A program made the translations under genes and the position numbers. The notes beneath the pieces were generated by a model that had not been told where the DNA came from, searched no databases, and worked only from the letters and a program-made list of their open reading frames with translations. A stretch of DNA of 64,000 bases from Camelus ferus (taxonomy: Eukaryota): contig NC_045696.1 in the NCBI RefSeq assembly GCF_009834535.1, forward strand, positions 84,508,001 to 84,572,000. Reading direction: 5' to 3'. Positions 36,841 through 48,028 of the stretch are shown here, piece by piece (position 1 is the stretch's first letter; the number at the start of each line of letters is the position of its first letter).

Positions 36841-38008
36841 TTTTACCATGACATGTAAATATGGCACTGAATCATATCATGAAATTTTGAAGGAATTTCC
36901 ATATTCTCCATCCTATTCTCCTTTTTTATTTCATAGACACGGAAGCTGAGATCCACCAAAGTTCAACTCTTTCCTCAATGTTCTACAGCTGATTTATGAG
37001 AATCTCTGCTTGGGAGGTAGATCTTATGAATACAAAATACTCAGATTGCTTCCCCTTAAAACCAGTGTGGGTGCAATTATAGGGACAGGCTATGAAGTGT
37101 CAAAATATCCCTACCAGAGTATGATATCTTTATAGCTTTTGACCCCAGCTTGTTCTTGGCTCAGCTTTCTCTTTATCCTTAAAAATATTTGGTGAATTTT
37201 TCAAATATATAATTTAAGTCCATGTTCAGTTTGTCTCTTTGTTTTCTATCCATCAGCTCACATTTTAGTTATCCTTTTGTGCTACAACCATTTAAGAAAG
37301 TGATGCCACTTTGATTTGTCAAAATTGACACTGGGATCTTTAGTGCTATAGCAAAATGCTGAGGGAGTTGTTTCTTACTCTTTTCTTTTGCCTTTTACTT
37401 TACTCACTACTATTATTTGGTATGTGTAGCATTATTCTTTATTCATTTTTGGAATATATAAAAAGATACTTTTACTTTTTATTCTCCCAATAACTTATGA
37501 CCCCCTCAAAGTGATAGCAAGTGTGAAAGGATATTTGCTTTATTATGCTAAATATTTGGTTAATTGTTTTAAGATATAATGTAATTTTACATTTTTAATG
37601 AAATTCTTCATCTGTGCTGTAGAACTGCTTAGCATGCTCTTGCTTTATATTTACAAACAAGTGCATTTATGTAGCATCCCAAAATAGACATTGAGGATGT
37701 AGGTAGTTTGAATAATTTAATGGAAAAAATGATATATTTAAAGCAAATTGATGGGTATTTTACTCTGCCTTAAGACAAGTGTAGAAAATGTGACAGCATT
37801 CTTATCATTCAAAACTTGAGTTGGGAGAAAAAAAAGTATTATCTGTCAAAATTCAGTAATGTCCTAATAAAGCTTAAACCAGTAGAGTTAAGCTGTAGTG
37901 TGGATTTTTTTTAGAAATACAGAAAAACCAGAGTGTTTAAAAATGTAATTCATATTAAAAATAATCTATTCTCATTCTTATACTGTCCCTCTATTTCTTC
38001 ATTCCTCG

Positions 38009-38009
<1 letters not shown>

Positions 38010-38061
<52 letters not shown>

Positions 38062-38062
38062 A
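38010..38062. repeat. (CA)n microsatellite
   Basis: Direct reading. Confidence 0.98.
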
Positions 38063-38544
38063 AATCTTACTGGAAGACAAAGGAATCCAGCATCTGAGGT
38101 GTCCCAAATGAGGCATTCCTCATTTTTATGAGGAGGGTGATTGATTGGCTTGCTCTAATTGCCAGTTTCTAGTAACACGAATAGCACAAGTCAGTGAGAT
38201 TAAGATGGGATCCGTTAGTGCTAGACAGAAGCTAAGTTAGGAAAACTCCATTAGGAAAACAAGTTTCATTAAAATGCAGAGAGTAGTGGCCCTTTCCAAG
38301 TTCAGAATCTCTTTAAATTTTATGATATTGATGTTATTTCCTATGCCTCCACAGTATCTCTGTTATGTGTGTAACATTATTAGGTCCTTGTGTTGTGTGT
38401 TCCAAGATCTACAGGTGAGATCTTGATCCCAGAGTTCACACTGAAGAAGTTTAGGGAGAAACGAGTCAAGAGTTGCAGCGTGTGGTGAAGTGTGGATTCA
38501 TCCATGTCTGATGTGATAAAATCAAATACATAGTTTCACTCAGG

Positions 38545-38727
38545 CCAAATGTTCTCAAATTTCTTCGTGCACCAAGGTCACCTGCAGTGCTTGTTAAAAC
38601 AGACAGCTGGGCCCCACCCCCGAGTTTTTGATTTAATAGGTTTGGGGAGGGGCCAGAGTACTGGCCTTTCCAACAGGTTCTCAGGTGACGCTGATGTGCT
38701 GGTCTGAGGGGAACCCCTGACCCAAGC
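38545..38727. mobile_element. MER5A hAT-Charlie MITE
   Basis: gttctcaaa...gcttgttaaaacagacagctgggccccacccccgagtttttgatt...caggttctcaggtgacgctgatgtgctggtc. Confidence 0.85.
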
Positions 38728-39061
38728 CTTTTAGGGCTGTCCAATCAATACTAGGTGGAAATTTCTAGAGATCCCTGAAGCACTCTCAGTTCTGGGTATA
38801 TGATAGTTGCATTCTCCCTCACATTTTCCATTACTCAATGAGTTTTTATTTGTTTTTTGCCCTTTGAAGCAGGTTTTTTTTCCCCTGTGAGGTGGATACA
38901 GTAAGTTCTTCTTTTTTTTCTTTTTTTTGTCTTTTTGGGAGGAGAGTTACATAGTCTATTCATTTTTGGAATCCTGACCCAGAGGTTTTGAATTAAATTA
39001 ACTGTATTTGCTTTGCCAAGTGTAATGTAAAGAATATGGATTTTTTTTAAGTAATTTAAAA

Positions 39062-39222
39062 AATGAATAGACTTTATTTTTTAGAGAAGTTTTAGGTTTA
39101 CAGAATAATTAAGCAGAAAGTAGAGCTCTCATATACTCTTTCTCTCTCCTCCTACATTTCCCCGTCAGTAATAGCTCGTGTTGTTTATTTGTTATAATTC
39201 ATGAACCAATATTGATACATTA
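39062..39222 (-). mobile_element. L1MC 3' terminal fragment
   Basis: aatagactttattttttagagaagttttaggtttacagaataattaagcagaaagta...atgaaccaatattgatacatta. Confidence 0.85.
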
Positions 39223-39224
39223 AG

Positions 39225-39350
39225 GAAATACGGATTTTAGAGTTGCACAGAGCTAAAGATAAATGCTGGTTCTGCAACTTACTACTTGATAGACTTGGTC
39301 CAGTTACTTATCCTATCTGAGCTTTTTTGGTAAAATGAACATAATAACAA
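39225..39350 (+). mobile_element. MIR SINE 5' half
   Basis: aaatgctggttctgcaacttactacttgatagacttggtccagttacttatcctatctgagc. Confidence 0.7.
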
Positions 39351-40694
39351 CAGACTGTAATATATACAATTAATTAATACATATAACACATTGACAAACA
39401 CTCAGAATTGTACATAAAAATCATGTCTATTTGGGAGCTATTTGTAGGATTTTTAGTGATAATTTTGTTCATATATAACATTACAACTTGTGGAAGATTT
39501 GATTCTACTTAGGTACTTTTCAGTTAATATTTTTATCATGTTTGTAGGTTTCATGCTTTAGGGAAATTTTTACCAAAATCAAGGGAAATATCTATCTTCA
39601 TTTCAGGACACAAAGTATTTAATAGAATAATTTTAATTTAATAAATGAAATGCATGGAATTTTAGTGGATGGGCATCAATCAAAGGGAATAGTCTGCAAA
39701 GGTTTTACATTTTTTGGAACATAATATTTTTCAAGAAATAATTGGTTTCTCAATTCTTTAGTGGTGAAAGTTCTATCCTTGAACTATTCAAGAATCCAGC
39801 AAATCCTGAAACTCTTTTTTGTCTCAAAAAATGACAGATAAGATAGTTCACCATCTAGTTTCATGGACTTAAACTTGTCAATGACTCTTGCAATTAAGTT
39901 GAGCTGCCTCCTCTTTTTATACCCAAAATGATTGTTAGTAATGTTTCACAACTTTTCCATCTGGAGCACTGAAAAGCAGAATTTCTCTAACATGTATATT
40001 ATAGAGCAATGGACCAAAATATTTCTTATGATATAGCACAAGATATAAAGGCTGAATAATATTTTGTATGTTTATTTCTTTGTAATAAATCATCTTGTGA
40101 GAATGAAATAATTTAAGCCTTGCCATTTTGTTTTCCTAATGATAGCAACCAAGTCCATATGTTCACAGATGAAAGAAACATCAATATGTGATAAGTGGCC
40201 AGGACAGTCCCTTGGCCTCCCTCAACAGACTGTTGAAGGATCTCTGGAAGACTTCATAAGGAAAACGATTGCTCAGTATCACAGAGCTCATAATAGCAGA
40301 GAAATAATCCTAAAAACCATATAAGTCCAAATGAAGGTTCTTGTTAATCTTTGTTTCCCTGCCAGTTTTTTTTTTTTTTTTTGTAGTTACAGAATTGTAA
40401 AAAAACTCATTGGCAGGAATCCTGACAGAGGCTAACCAAGAAAAGAAATGATTAATCCTAAATGCATGTGTCTGTGATGGTGTAGACCTATGCCAACAAT
40501 AGTCTGTTTAAATATTACAGCATTTTCTTCGCGGTTTAATTTAATAATGTAAGTACTAAACATGAAGTGAAATTTGTTCTATCTTAAGAACTAAGTCACT
40601 CAATGTGAAAATAATTTAAAATAGCTACAAAGCAGTATCTGTGTAAATTTTCATGATAGAGATACAAATCATGAAATGTCCAATGTTGCCTTTT

Positions 40695-40920
40695 GGTAGG
40701 TAAATATACTGGGTCAGGCAATGCTTAAGACTCTATACATTCTTTATCACTTTTAGGCACCAATATTCACATGAAGTAGATATACCTGTTTCCATTTTTC
40801 AGATTGGAATTTGAATAACAGAGAGGTTAAGAAATTTGTCTAAAGTCATGCAGCCAAGAAACTTAAAGCTGCATTTCAAATCCTGCTCTAGAAAACTAAA
40901 GTCAGTGCTCTTTGCATGAC
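40695..40920 (-). mobile_element. MIR SINE
   Basis: tccatttttcagattggaatttgaataacagagaggttaagaaatttgtctaaagtcatgcagc. Confidence 0.8.
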
Positions 40921-42877
40921 AGAATGAAGTACAATATGTAACACATTAAATAAAGCTAAGATATGTAACCTTAATCAACATTTTCTTACAGTGAAAGAAT
41001 TTGTATCATTAGCACATTATCAATGCAAAGTCAAGCTTCAAAATTGCTCAAAATGTTAACTTTGGTCAAAATAGTGAAAACATGAAAACTTTATGCCTAC
41101 ATATGTGTCACCTGAGTGCATGTTACGTTTCTGCCTTTAACCTATTGCGTTTTAGTTAGGACTGACAAAGAGTGGCAGTACTAGCATTGTACTTGATAGT
41201 TTACAAAAGAATCCCATGCTAATTTCTGTTTGGCAATCCACTGACCTCGACAGTTAAACCATGTGTGATATGATCATCTGTGGCCCAATATATGTCTCTC
41301 ACCCTACCTGCCACTCCCACCTAAGAGTTTTCTGTGCAGTTCAGAATTTGAACTGCTTAAGGAAAATATTAGCACAATATTAGGAATTCTAGTTAAATGT
41401 GAATATTACTAAAATAATATTGTCAAAGTAGCCATGGCAACTTGCATTGGAGGCATTTTATAAAAGCATAAAATCACCCGATGAATAAAACCAATGTAGT
41501 TTTCAGTAGAGAAGCAGTGATTAATCTTTCTAATATTTGCTAATTATTAATGTTTAGATATAATTAATAAAACTGTAAGTAAATTGGAAAAATATTGCAA
41601 AGATTGCTTCTGACTTTAAATAGTTGCTTAACATACTAATATATTTTAAAACTAGAATTCACTGTTTTTCCTCAGGTCCTATAAATGAAATCGCCATTCA
41701 GCTGAGAAATGCTGTTAGATTTCTTTTTCCTTCACATCTGATTTCTCTAATCTTCTGCCCAAATTTCCTTTTTCTTACTGCTCTTTTCCTTCTGAGTCCT
41801 GCTAAAGAGACTGTTCAGGCCAGCAAGCTGGAGAAAAATATATTTGCCTTCCTATGCACTTGTTCTCTTTTACTTTCATTGCCCAGGAATGAGGAAATGT
41901 TGAAATTTTTTCTAAGTGTTTCCTCTTGGAATGGAAACTACACTAAGCTTTCCAGGGAGTTGGAAGTAGCAAAAATTCTTGAAAATTTATTATCTATAGA
42001 ACAGCTTTACTGTTTTCATAGGACTCTCTACATTGTTTAGAAACATTCATTTTATGTATGCATATTTCACAGTAGATTGTGAACAACATAAAAGGAGGGA
42101 CATGGTCATTTGTGTATTTTTATTCTCAATATTTAGCACAGGGTTTAATATATGTTAAATTCTTAGGAAAACACATGGGAAACTAAATCTCGTCCCTTCC
42201 CGCAATTCCTGAGGGAGTAATTATTGGACCCTAGCACCTACAAGTAGATAAAGTAGCCTGGACATAGTAATCTAAAATAACCATCTGTATGGAGTGGCTG
42301 TCCCTTAAATTACCCTGCACAGACAAACACCAGGATGGCATTAATTGAAGCACAAGGTGAATAAAGCTAATGCACTGCCTTCTAAATTACATCAGCAGAG
42401 AGGAGATTAATGACTGTACTTCAAATACTAAATCAAAAGATTGCAATAAATGTAACGCTTCCACTGCAGTACAAATTTGAAACATTTCCCATTACAGAAT
42501 GGAATGGTAGTTCCTTGAGTCTTAGAATTTAATTCAACAACTCAAGTAAACATTTGGTGCCTGCACAAGTGATAAAATGTTTTGATTTTGGTCAAAATAG
42601 ATTATTATGGTTTACAAATTATTTTTCTATGTTTTGGCCTCTTTATTCTTTACAAAAACACTGAATGATAGGTATTGGGTCAATTTTTATTTTCTGATGA
42701 AGAAAATCAGGGAAGTTATGTTGCATTTAGGTGATGCTGGATTCCTCACACTTTGACACTTAGAAATACGTGTTTACTGTCTCTATTCTTCAAACTCCAT
42801 AATGATAGGGATCACCTCTGCCCTGCTCACTGCTCTATCTTGAACACATTGTGCAATCACAACCCCAGAGCAGGTGC

Positions 42878-42931
<54 letters not shown>
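42878..42931. repeat. (AAT)n microsatellite at an L2 tail
   Basis: Direct reading; follows L2-like 42750-42877. Confidence 0.98.
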
Positions 42932-42932
<1 letters not shown>

Positions 42933-43138
42933 TTAAAATGAATTAGTAGTTGATATTTCTATCATATCCAGCTACCAAGACATTGTAATTGGTACTGGGT
43001 ATATACAAAATTAAGACACATTATTTTGCACTCAAATTATTTATAATCTATTGGAAATTTGGAAATGGAAAAATAAAAGCAAAATAAAAGAAGGAAGGAA
43101 GGGAGGTCCGATAGTAGGAATAAGAAATGATACCCTTT

Positions 43139-43643
43139 TGTAGTAGGCAGAATGATGGCTCTCTAAAAATATCCATTCCCTGGGACCTTTGAATGTTACC
43201 ATCTGTGGCCCAGGGAACTTTGCAAATGTGAAAGGCATCCTGGCTCTTGAGGGGAGATTATTCTGGATTATTAGAGTGGGCTCAATATAAACACATGTCC
43301 TTAAAGCAGAAAACTTTCCCAGCAGAGAAGAGAGAGAGGGAGAGAGGTAAGAAGATGGAAGACAGGTCGGAGTGTTATGATGTGAAAACAAGTCAACCTG
43401 CGGCTGCTGTCTTGAGGGTCATGAGCCAGGAAATGAGGGGAGACTCTAGCAGCTGGATCAGACAAGGAAATGGATTCTCCCCTAGAGCTTCTAGAAGAGA
43501 ACACAGCTCTGCTGACACCTTGATTTTAGCCAGTGAGATTCATGTTGAATTTCTGGCCCACAGAACTGTAAAATAATACATTTGTATCATTTAAGCAACT
43601 AAATTTGTGGTAATTTGTTACAGGAGCAATATAAAACTATGCA
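43139..43643 (+). mobile_element. MaLR solo LTR (MLT1D-like)
   Basis: tgtagtaggcagaatgatggc start; gggagattattctggattat; aaggaaatggattctcccctagagcttctaga; gtggtaatttgttacaggagcaatataaaactatgca end. Confidence 0.92.
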
Positions 43644-44353
43644 ATTTCTTTCCACATAAATGTCACAGAAAATGTAAAACAGAAAACACTGCATTAAAAT
43701 GAAAGCTAGACAAAAATGCCATCTTAATTAAGAATTCTAAGTTTCTTGTTACATATAGCACAGGTGGATTGAAATAAAAGAACCCACAAGTCTAGGTCTC
43801 AAATCTCTTCTTTGAAAGAACATGCCTTTTCCCACAAATAAACCATAAAAGAATCTATATCCCATGAATTCCTAAGGCTTGATGGGAAAATAGCTGAGAT
43901 GAGGCCAGGCTGTAAGATCCCCTAGAATGACTTCAAGTAGTGCCTTTGCCGCAGCAGATGCCACCGTGATGGTAGCATGATGGCCCAAGAGCTCCTGACA
44001 GTAAGCCTGAGGTTGTGGCACCTGTGGCCTTGCAGGGGGATTTCTAAGATTCTTCTTTAATGTAGGAGATATTTACTTTTCAGAATCAGACCTGAAAACT
44101 CAGATAACTGTCATGTTATACTTACTTAGGCAGTTTTTGCCAGAGTTTTCATTTATCAGTAATGTCTTGGTTGTCTCCATGACTATTTAGATAGACAAAT
44201 GGTCTTCAGAATCAAGTGTCTTCCTCCTCTAGAAGAGGCTCAGTGACACTGGGTTTAGAAGTAAATTCACTACCTTTGTCCTAAATAGCATAATCTTTGC
44301 AATGATGATTTTTTACCTGAATTGTCCACAGTGCTAGATCATACAAACTCTCC

Positions 44354-44926
44354 TATGCTGGTAATTTACTGATTAATTGATTTTCTGTCTCTCAGCTCCC
44401 ATCCTGCTATTCCATGCTGCCTTCTGTGTCATTAGGGAACTGAAAGCCTGTAAACTGTATTTTTGTAAACTCCCAGGAACAGACCTTCAGGTCAGTGTCC
44501 CAAAAGACAGCTCCTGTCATGGGAGAACTGGCAAGAGAAAGGAAAAGACCATTTTTTTCTGCTTTTTATGTTGCCTACATAGTGACTGTAATGGTGGCTT
44601 CCTCGGTGCCAGTGATGGTGTCAACAACATCAGTGGGAGAGAGGGAGGACACCTGAGTTTCCATGAAGCAGCAGAAGCAACAGAAGAGGCAGTGGTGACA
44701 CCCCCAGGGGTCTGAGGCCAATGTGAACCTCCAGCTCCAGAATGCAACGGCAGCATCTCTGACAGCCACTTACTACCCCTTCTTCATCTCCACTTCCATC
44801 TCCACCATTCCTCTCTTTAGCTCTCCAGTCCTTCCAATATCTCTGTCATCAGTTCCTTGCTTTGTCTTCCTGTCTGCTTGATATCACCGGGATGGTTTCT
44901 ATTTCCCAACTGGACTTTGAATCAAT
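44354..44926 (+). mobile_element. ERVL LTR (LTR33/LTR41-like), 5' LTR
   Basis: tatgctggtaattt...tctctcagctccc start; ctgcttgatatcaccgggatggtttctatttcccaactggactttga end, followed by tggt. Confidence 0.7.
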
Positions 44927-45200
44927 TGGTATTTTTAAAATAAGTAGACTCAAAAATAGGCTTTCTAAGATTGAAATCTGGGTGTGTTAATCACTTTATC
45001 TTCTGAAAGTTGTGGTGCCATTGCCAGTGGATAATGGGCTACTTTTATTCCATGCCAACAAATGCAGAACAATACATAAATTGAATGAATTTAAAGGCAA
45101 GTCTATGAGGCAGAAAAAGCCATTTTGTTTGACTATTATGGTAGGAATGATCACTACATGGACTGTGGGAAAGATGAGCACTTCTGATTGCAATAGAGAG
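44927..45200 (+). mobile_element. ERVL internal leader and gag relic
   Basis: Starts tggta directly after the LTR; 45128-45169 encodes FDYYGRNDHYMDCG, resembling the N-terminal ERVL/MaLR gag motif as recalled. Confidence 0.55.
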
Positions 45201-45239
45201 CTCTGTCAGAGATCAGTCAAGAAAAATAAAACCACCTGA

Positions 45240-45478
45240 AATATTTCAATCTCCTGCTGCCCTGTCCAGTGGTACCAGAAGAAGGGAGAAAAAAGGCTTT
45301 TTCCTTACTCCTTCCTTCCAATCTCTCAGTGTTTTCCTCTGACAGAGCCTAAATAATCATTATGTCAAAGGATTAATGGAAATTAAGTTTACAGGCTTCC
45401 AGTTGCCTGCAATGCTAGGAACATCACAAAAGGTTGAGAGAGAGCAAAGCTAAGAGCCGTAGACAAATAACCAGTTCA
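45240..45478 (-). mobile_element. Second LTR33/41-like fragment, inverted
   Basis: Minus strand begins TGAACTGGTTATTTGTCTACGGCTCTTAGCT and shares AACTG(G/A)AAGCCTGTAAACT with the LTR at 44438-44456. Confidence 0.6.
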
Positions 45479-45773
45479 GTGACCAAATTGTTAATATGTT
45501 CTTGTAGTTGGTCCTAAAGATGATCTGTAACACATCCTAGTTCAAAATTAGAGAATTCTGAAACAACAAAAACATCAACAACTATCTAACTTTAAAGTGA
45601 AATGTCAGACCCAAAGAGGACTCCCACTCTTTAAGGATAAAAAGCAAAATATAGAAGGAAAAATATCAAAGAAAAAAAAGGACCAAGAAATTTTGTGTAG
45701 CATAGGGAAAGGAAAACATACATGCACAACGTGAAAAATATCATATGTTTAAATGTTATATACTATAGAAAAG

Positions 45774-45855
45774 AGAAGTAAATTTCAAATAGTACCTATA
45801 AAAGTCAAAGAAACAGGAGTAAATTTCAGATAGTGTCTATAAAAGTCAGGGAAAC
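45774..45855. repeat. 41-bp tandem duplication (35/41 identical)
   Basis: agaagtaaatttcaaatagtacctataaaagtcaaagaaac / aggagtaaatttcagatagtgtctataaaagtcagggaaac. Confidence 0.92.
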
Positions 45856-46599
45856 ATGGCTCCAATATAAAGGCAAAATAATAGATTGAAGATTAGATGG
45901 AAGACAAGAGAAGATGATCAAAGGTAGCTGGCTAGAAGGCAGTTCAAAATAAAAGTGGAGCTCGAGGGGATTATTAGAAAATGTTTAGATACAACATAGG
46001 TGACAAAGCAATTTTTTAATGTTTTCATAGCAGTGAATAACAGAAGCTATCCTGTTGAACGCTAACTTAATGTTGTGATGGACAGGTTTGAAAAAAGAGC
46101 AGAAAACAGAAAAAGCACAAAGAGAGTTAGTGGATTAAAACAGAAAAAGGTGAGTGATACATAGCTAACATAGCAGAATTACATTAAAGTAGTAATTTGC
46201 AGTCATATAAGAGCTATAATGAAAAAGAGTTCTTAAAGAACACAACCAGTGTAAAGGGTCAGGAGGTAACATGACTTTTCATCTGTCTTCCTTTCATGTT
46301 TACATAGGGCAAAAACACATATGTTAATATTTTCTAGGTAATAATAAAGAGGAAAACTACATTATAGATACAGGTATCTAGTCTATATTTAAAGTAAAAA
46401 TATCATTAAATATATTACAGCAAATTTTAGATGTTTTTTTAAATTTCCAAAAAGAAAATATAAAAAATGCAACTGTTGTTGCATTACACTAACTTTTCCT
46501 AAAGTATGGCGTGAAATAACACAAATTTACTTGGATCTGTAATATAGTATTTTTTGTTAGGGCAGGTATATTTCTGAAGATAAAGTATCAGAAATATAG

Positions 46600-46860
46600 C
46601 GGTAGTAGAGCATATTTAAATGGAACTCGTTATGTGTCAGTTTGTCTTCCATTACTTTACTATTTTCTATTACTTATTACATGCTTACAATAATCCTCTA
46701 AGAGGTCTTATTATCTTTCTTTTTACAGGAAAAGAAACTAAAACAAAGAAAGGCTAAGTAACTTTACCAAAGACACAGCAATAACTGTTGACCGGGGATT
46801 TGGTTAACGGCAACTTGTATCAAGAGTCTATGTACTCACTGACTGTGCAGGACTGCATCT
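46600..46860 (-). mobile_element. MIR SINE (near full length)
   Basis: cttacaataatcctctaagagg...tttttacaggaaaagaaactaaaac...aggctaagtaactttaccaaagacacagc...ccgggatttg. Confidence 0.8.
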
Positions 46861-47019
46861 CACATTTGTGACACTAGTGTACTAGACATAATTTCTTAAC
46901 TTATCTACATTGTAGGTTTTTCACACCAGATATACGAATTATTTAATAATGTAGTTATTTATTTCAGTACAAAATATAACACCTACAAATTAATTATTCT
47001 GATGGCTATTAGAAGGAAA

Positions 47020-47290
47020 AATAATTCAACAAACATTTATTGGATGATTATTCCAGACCCTATGCTGAATGTTCACAATAAAATTATTAAATTTTAAACT
47101 CCTAAAAATGTACAGTCTAAAAGCCGGAATCTGGAAAATGAATAAATATTTGTTTACAATTATAGATGATAAACCAGAATTACTGCAGACCAAGTAAAGT
47201 GGGAAGAATTAAATAGGGCCCCTTTAACTGAGGTAGTGGCAATGAGGATAAAGAGATGACTAATATGAGAGATTTTAAGGATGTATAGTA
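47020..47290 (-). mobile_element. L2 3' end
   Basis: attcaacaaacatttattggatgattattccagaccctatgctg; gaggtagtggcaatgaggataaagag. Confidence 0.7.
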
Positions 47291-47429
47291 TATAGTAATA
47301 ATAGTAACAGATATTTATTGAGTATTTTTAAAGTACCATTTACTGTCATAAGCATTTTACATGGATTTTATTACTTAATTCTGATTGTAAAAGCTATTAG
47401 CAGGCTACATTAATTTTATAAGTAAAGCT

Positions 47430-48028
47430 ACATAAGTAACCAATGGAATGTGACGGAAGTGACTTTATACGACTCCTTAAGAGAAATTGCAACTTCTGGG
47501 TCCCTCCTTTTGGAGTGTTGCACTGAAACTGCCAGATAAGGAAGTCAGTTTAGCCTCCAGAGCATGAAAGATCACATGGACAAAGCCAAGATACCTCAGC
47601 CAATAGCCAACACCAACTGCTGGAAATTAAATGAAGCTTTCTTGAATCTTCCAGTCAACTAACTCTGTAATAGGTAATGTGCTGGTAAATATTTAACTGC
47701 CGGCTCTAGGGGAATTAAAAAGTCTGATTTGTAGCATTTGACACTTTTTGTGTAATGACACCCACCATGGTCAATTTCAAGCCATCGATAGGATGCCACC
47801 TGGTTCACAGAAATTCTACAACCATCAGCTCTCATAAGCTGCTAGGAACCAGCTCCAGCACATCACTGTCCCCTGTTAAATGCAGTGGCATGAGTGAACC
47901 CAGCTGAAATCACAAGAGGGACTTCTGTAGCAACCCACTAAATCATGAGAAATAATTTTTAAAAACCCATCATTTTAAGCTACTAAGTTTTGATGTGGTC
48001 TCATATGTGGCAAGGACTAACTAAAGCA
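47430..48028 (+). mobile_element. MaLR LTR (MLT1G/H-like) interrupted by MER63
   Basis: caatggaatgtgacggaagtgac; cagccaatagccaacaccaactgc; tttaagctactaagttttgatgtggt...ctaactaaagca. Confidence 0.75.
47672..47868. mobile_element. MER63A-like hAT-Blackjack MITE
   Basis: Terminal inverted repeats aggtaatgtgctgg / ccagcacatcactg; internal ctgatttgtagcatttg and cccaccatggtcaatttcaagc. Confidence 0.8.

Noticed and set aside
38905..38970. Possible truncated second camelid SINE tail (T-rich run, then gggaggagagttacatagtctattcattttt)
   Set aside because: No tRNA-like head follows; too short to support
41624..42040. 138-aa ORF with an acceptor-like tttttcctcag at 41674
   Set aside because: Non-ATG start, hydrophobicity explained by T-rich DNA, no recognisable homology or matching donor
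42753..42941. ORF with poly-Asn
   Set aside because: (AAT)n microsatellite at an L2 tail
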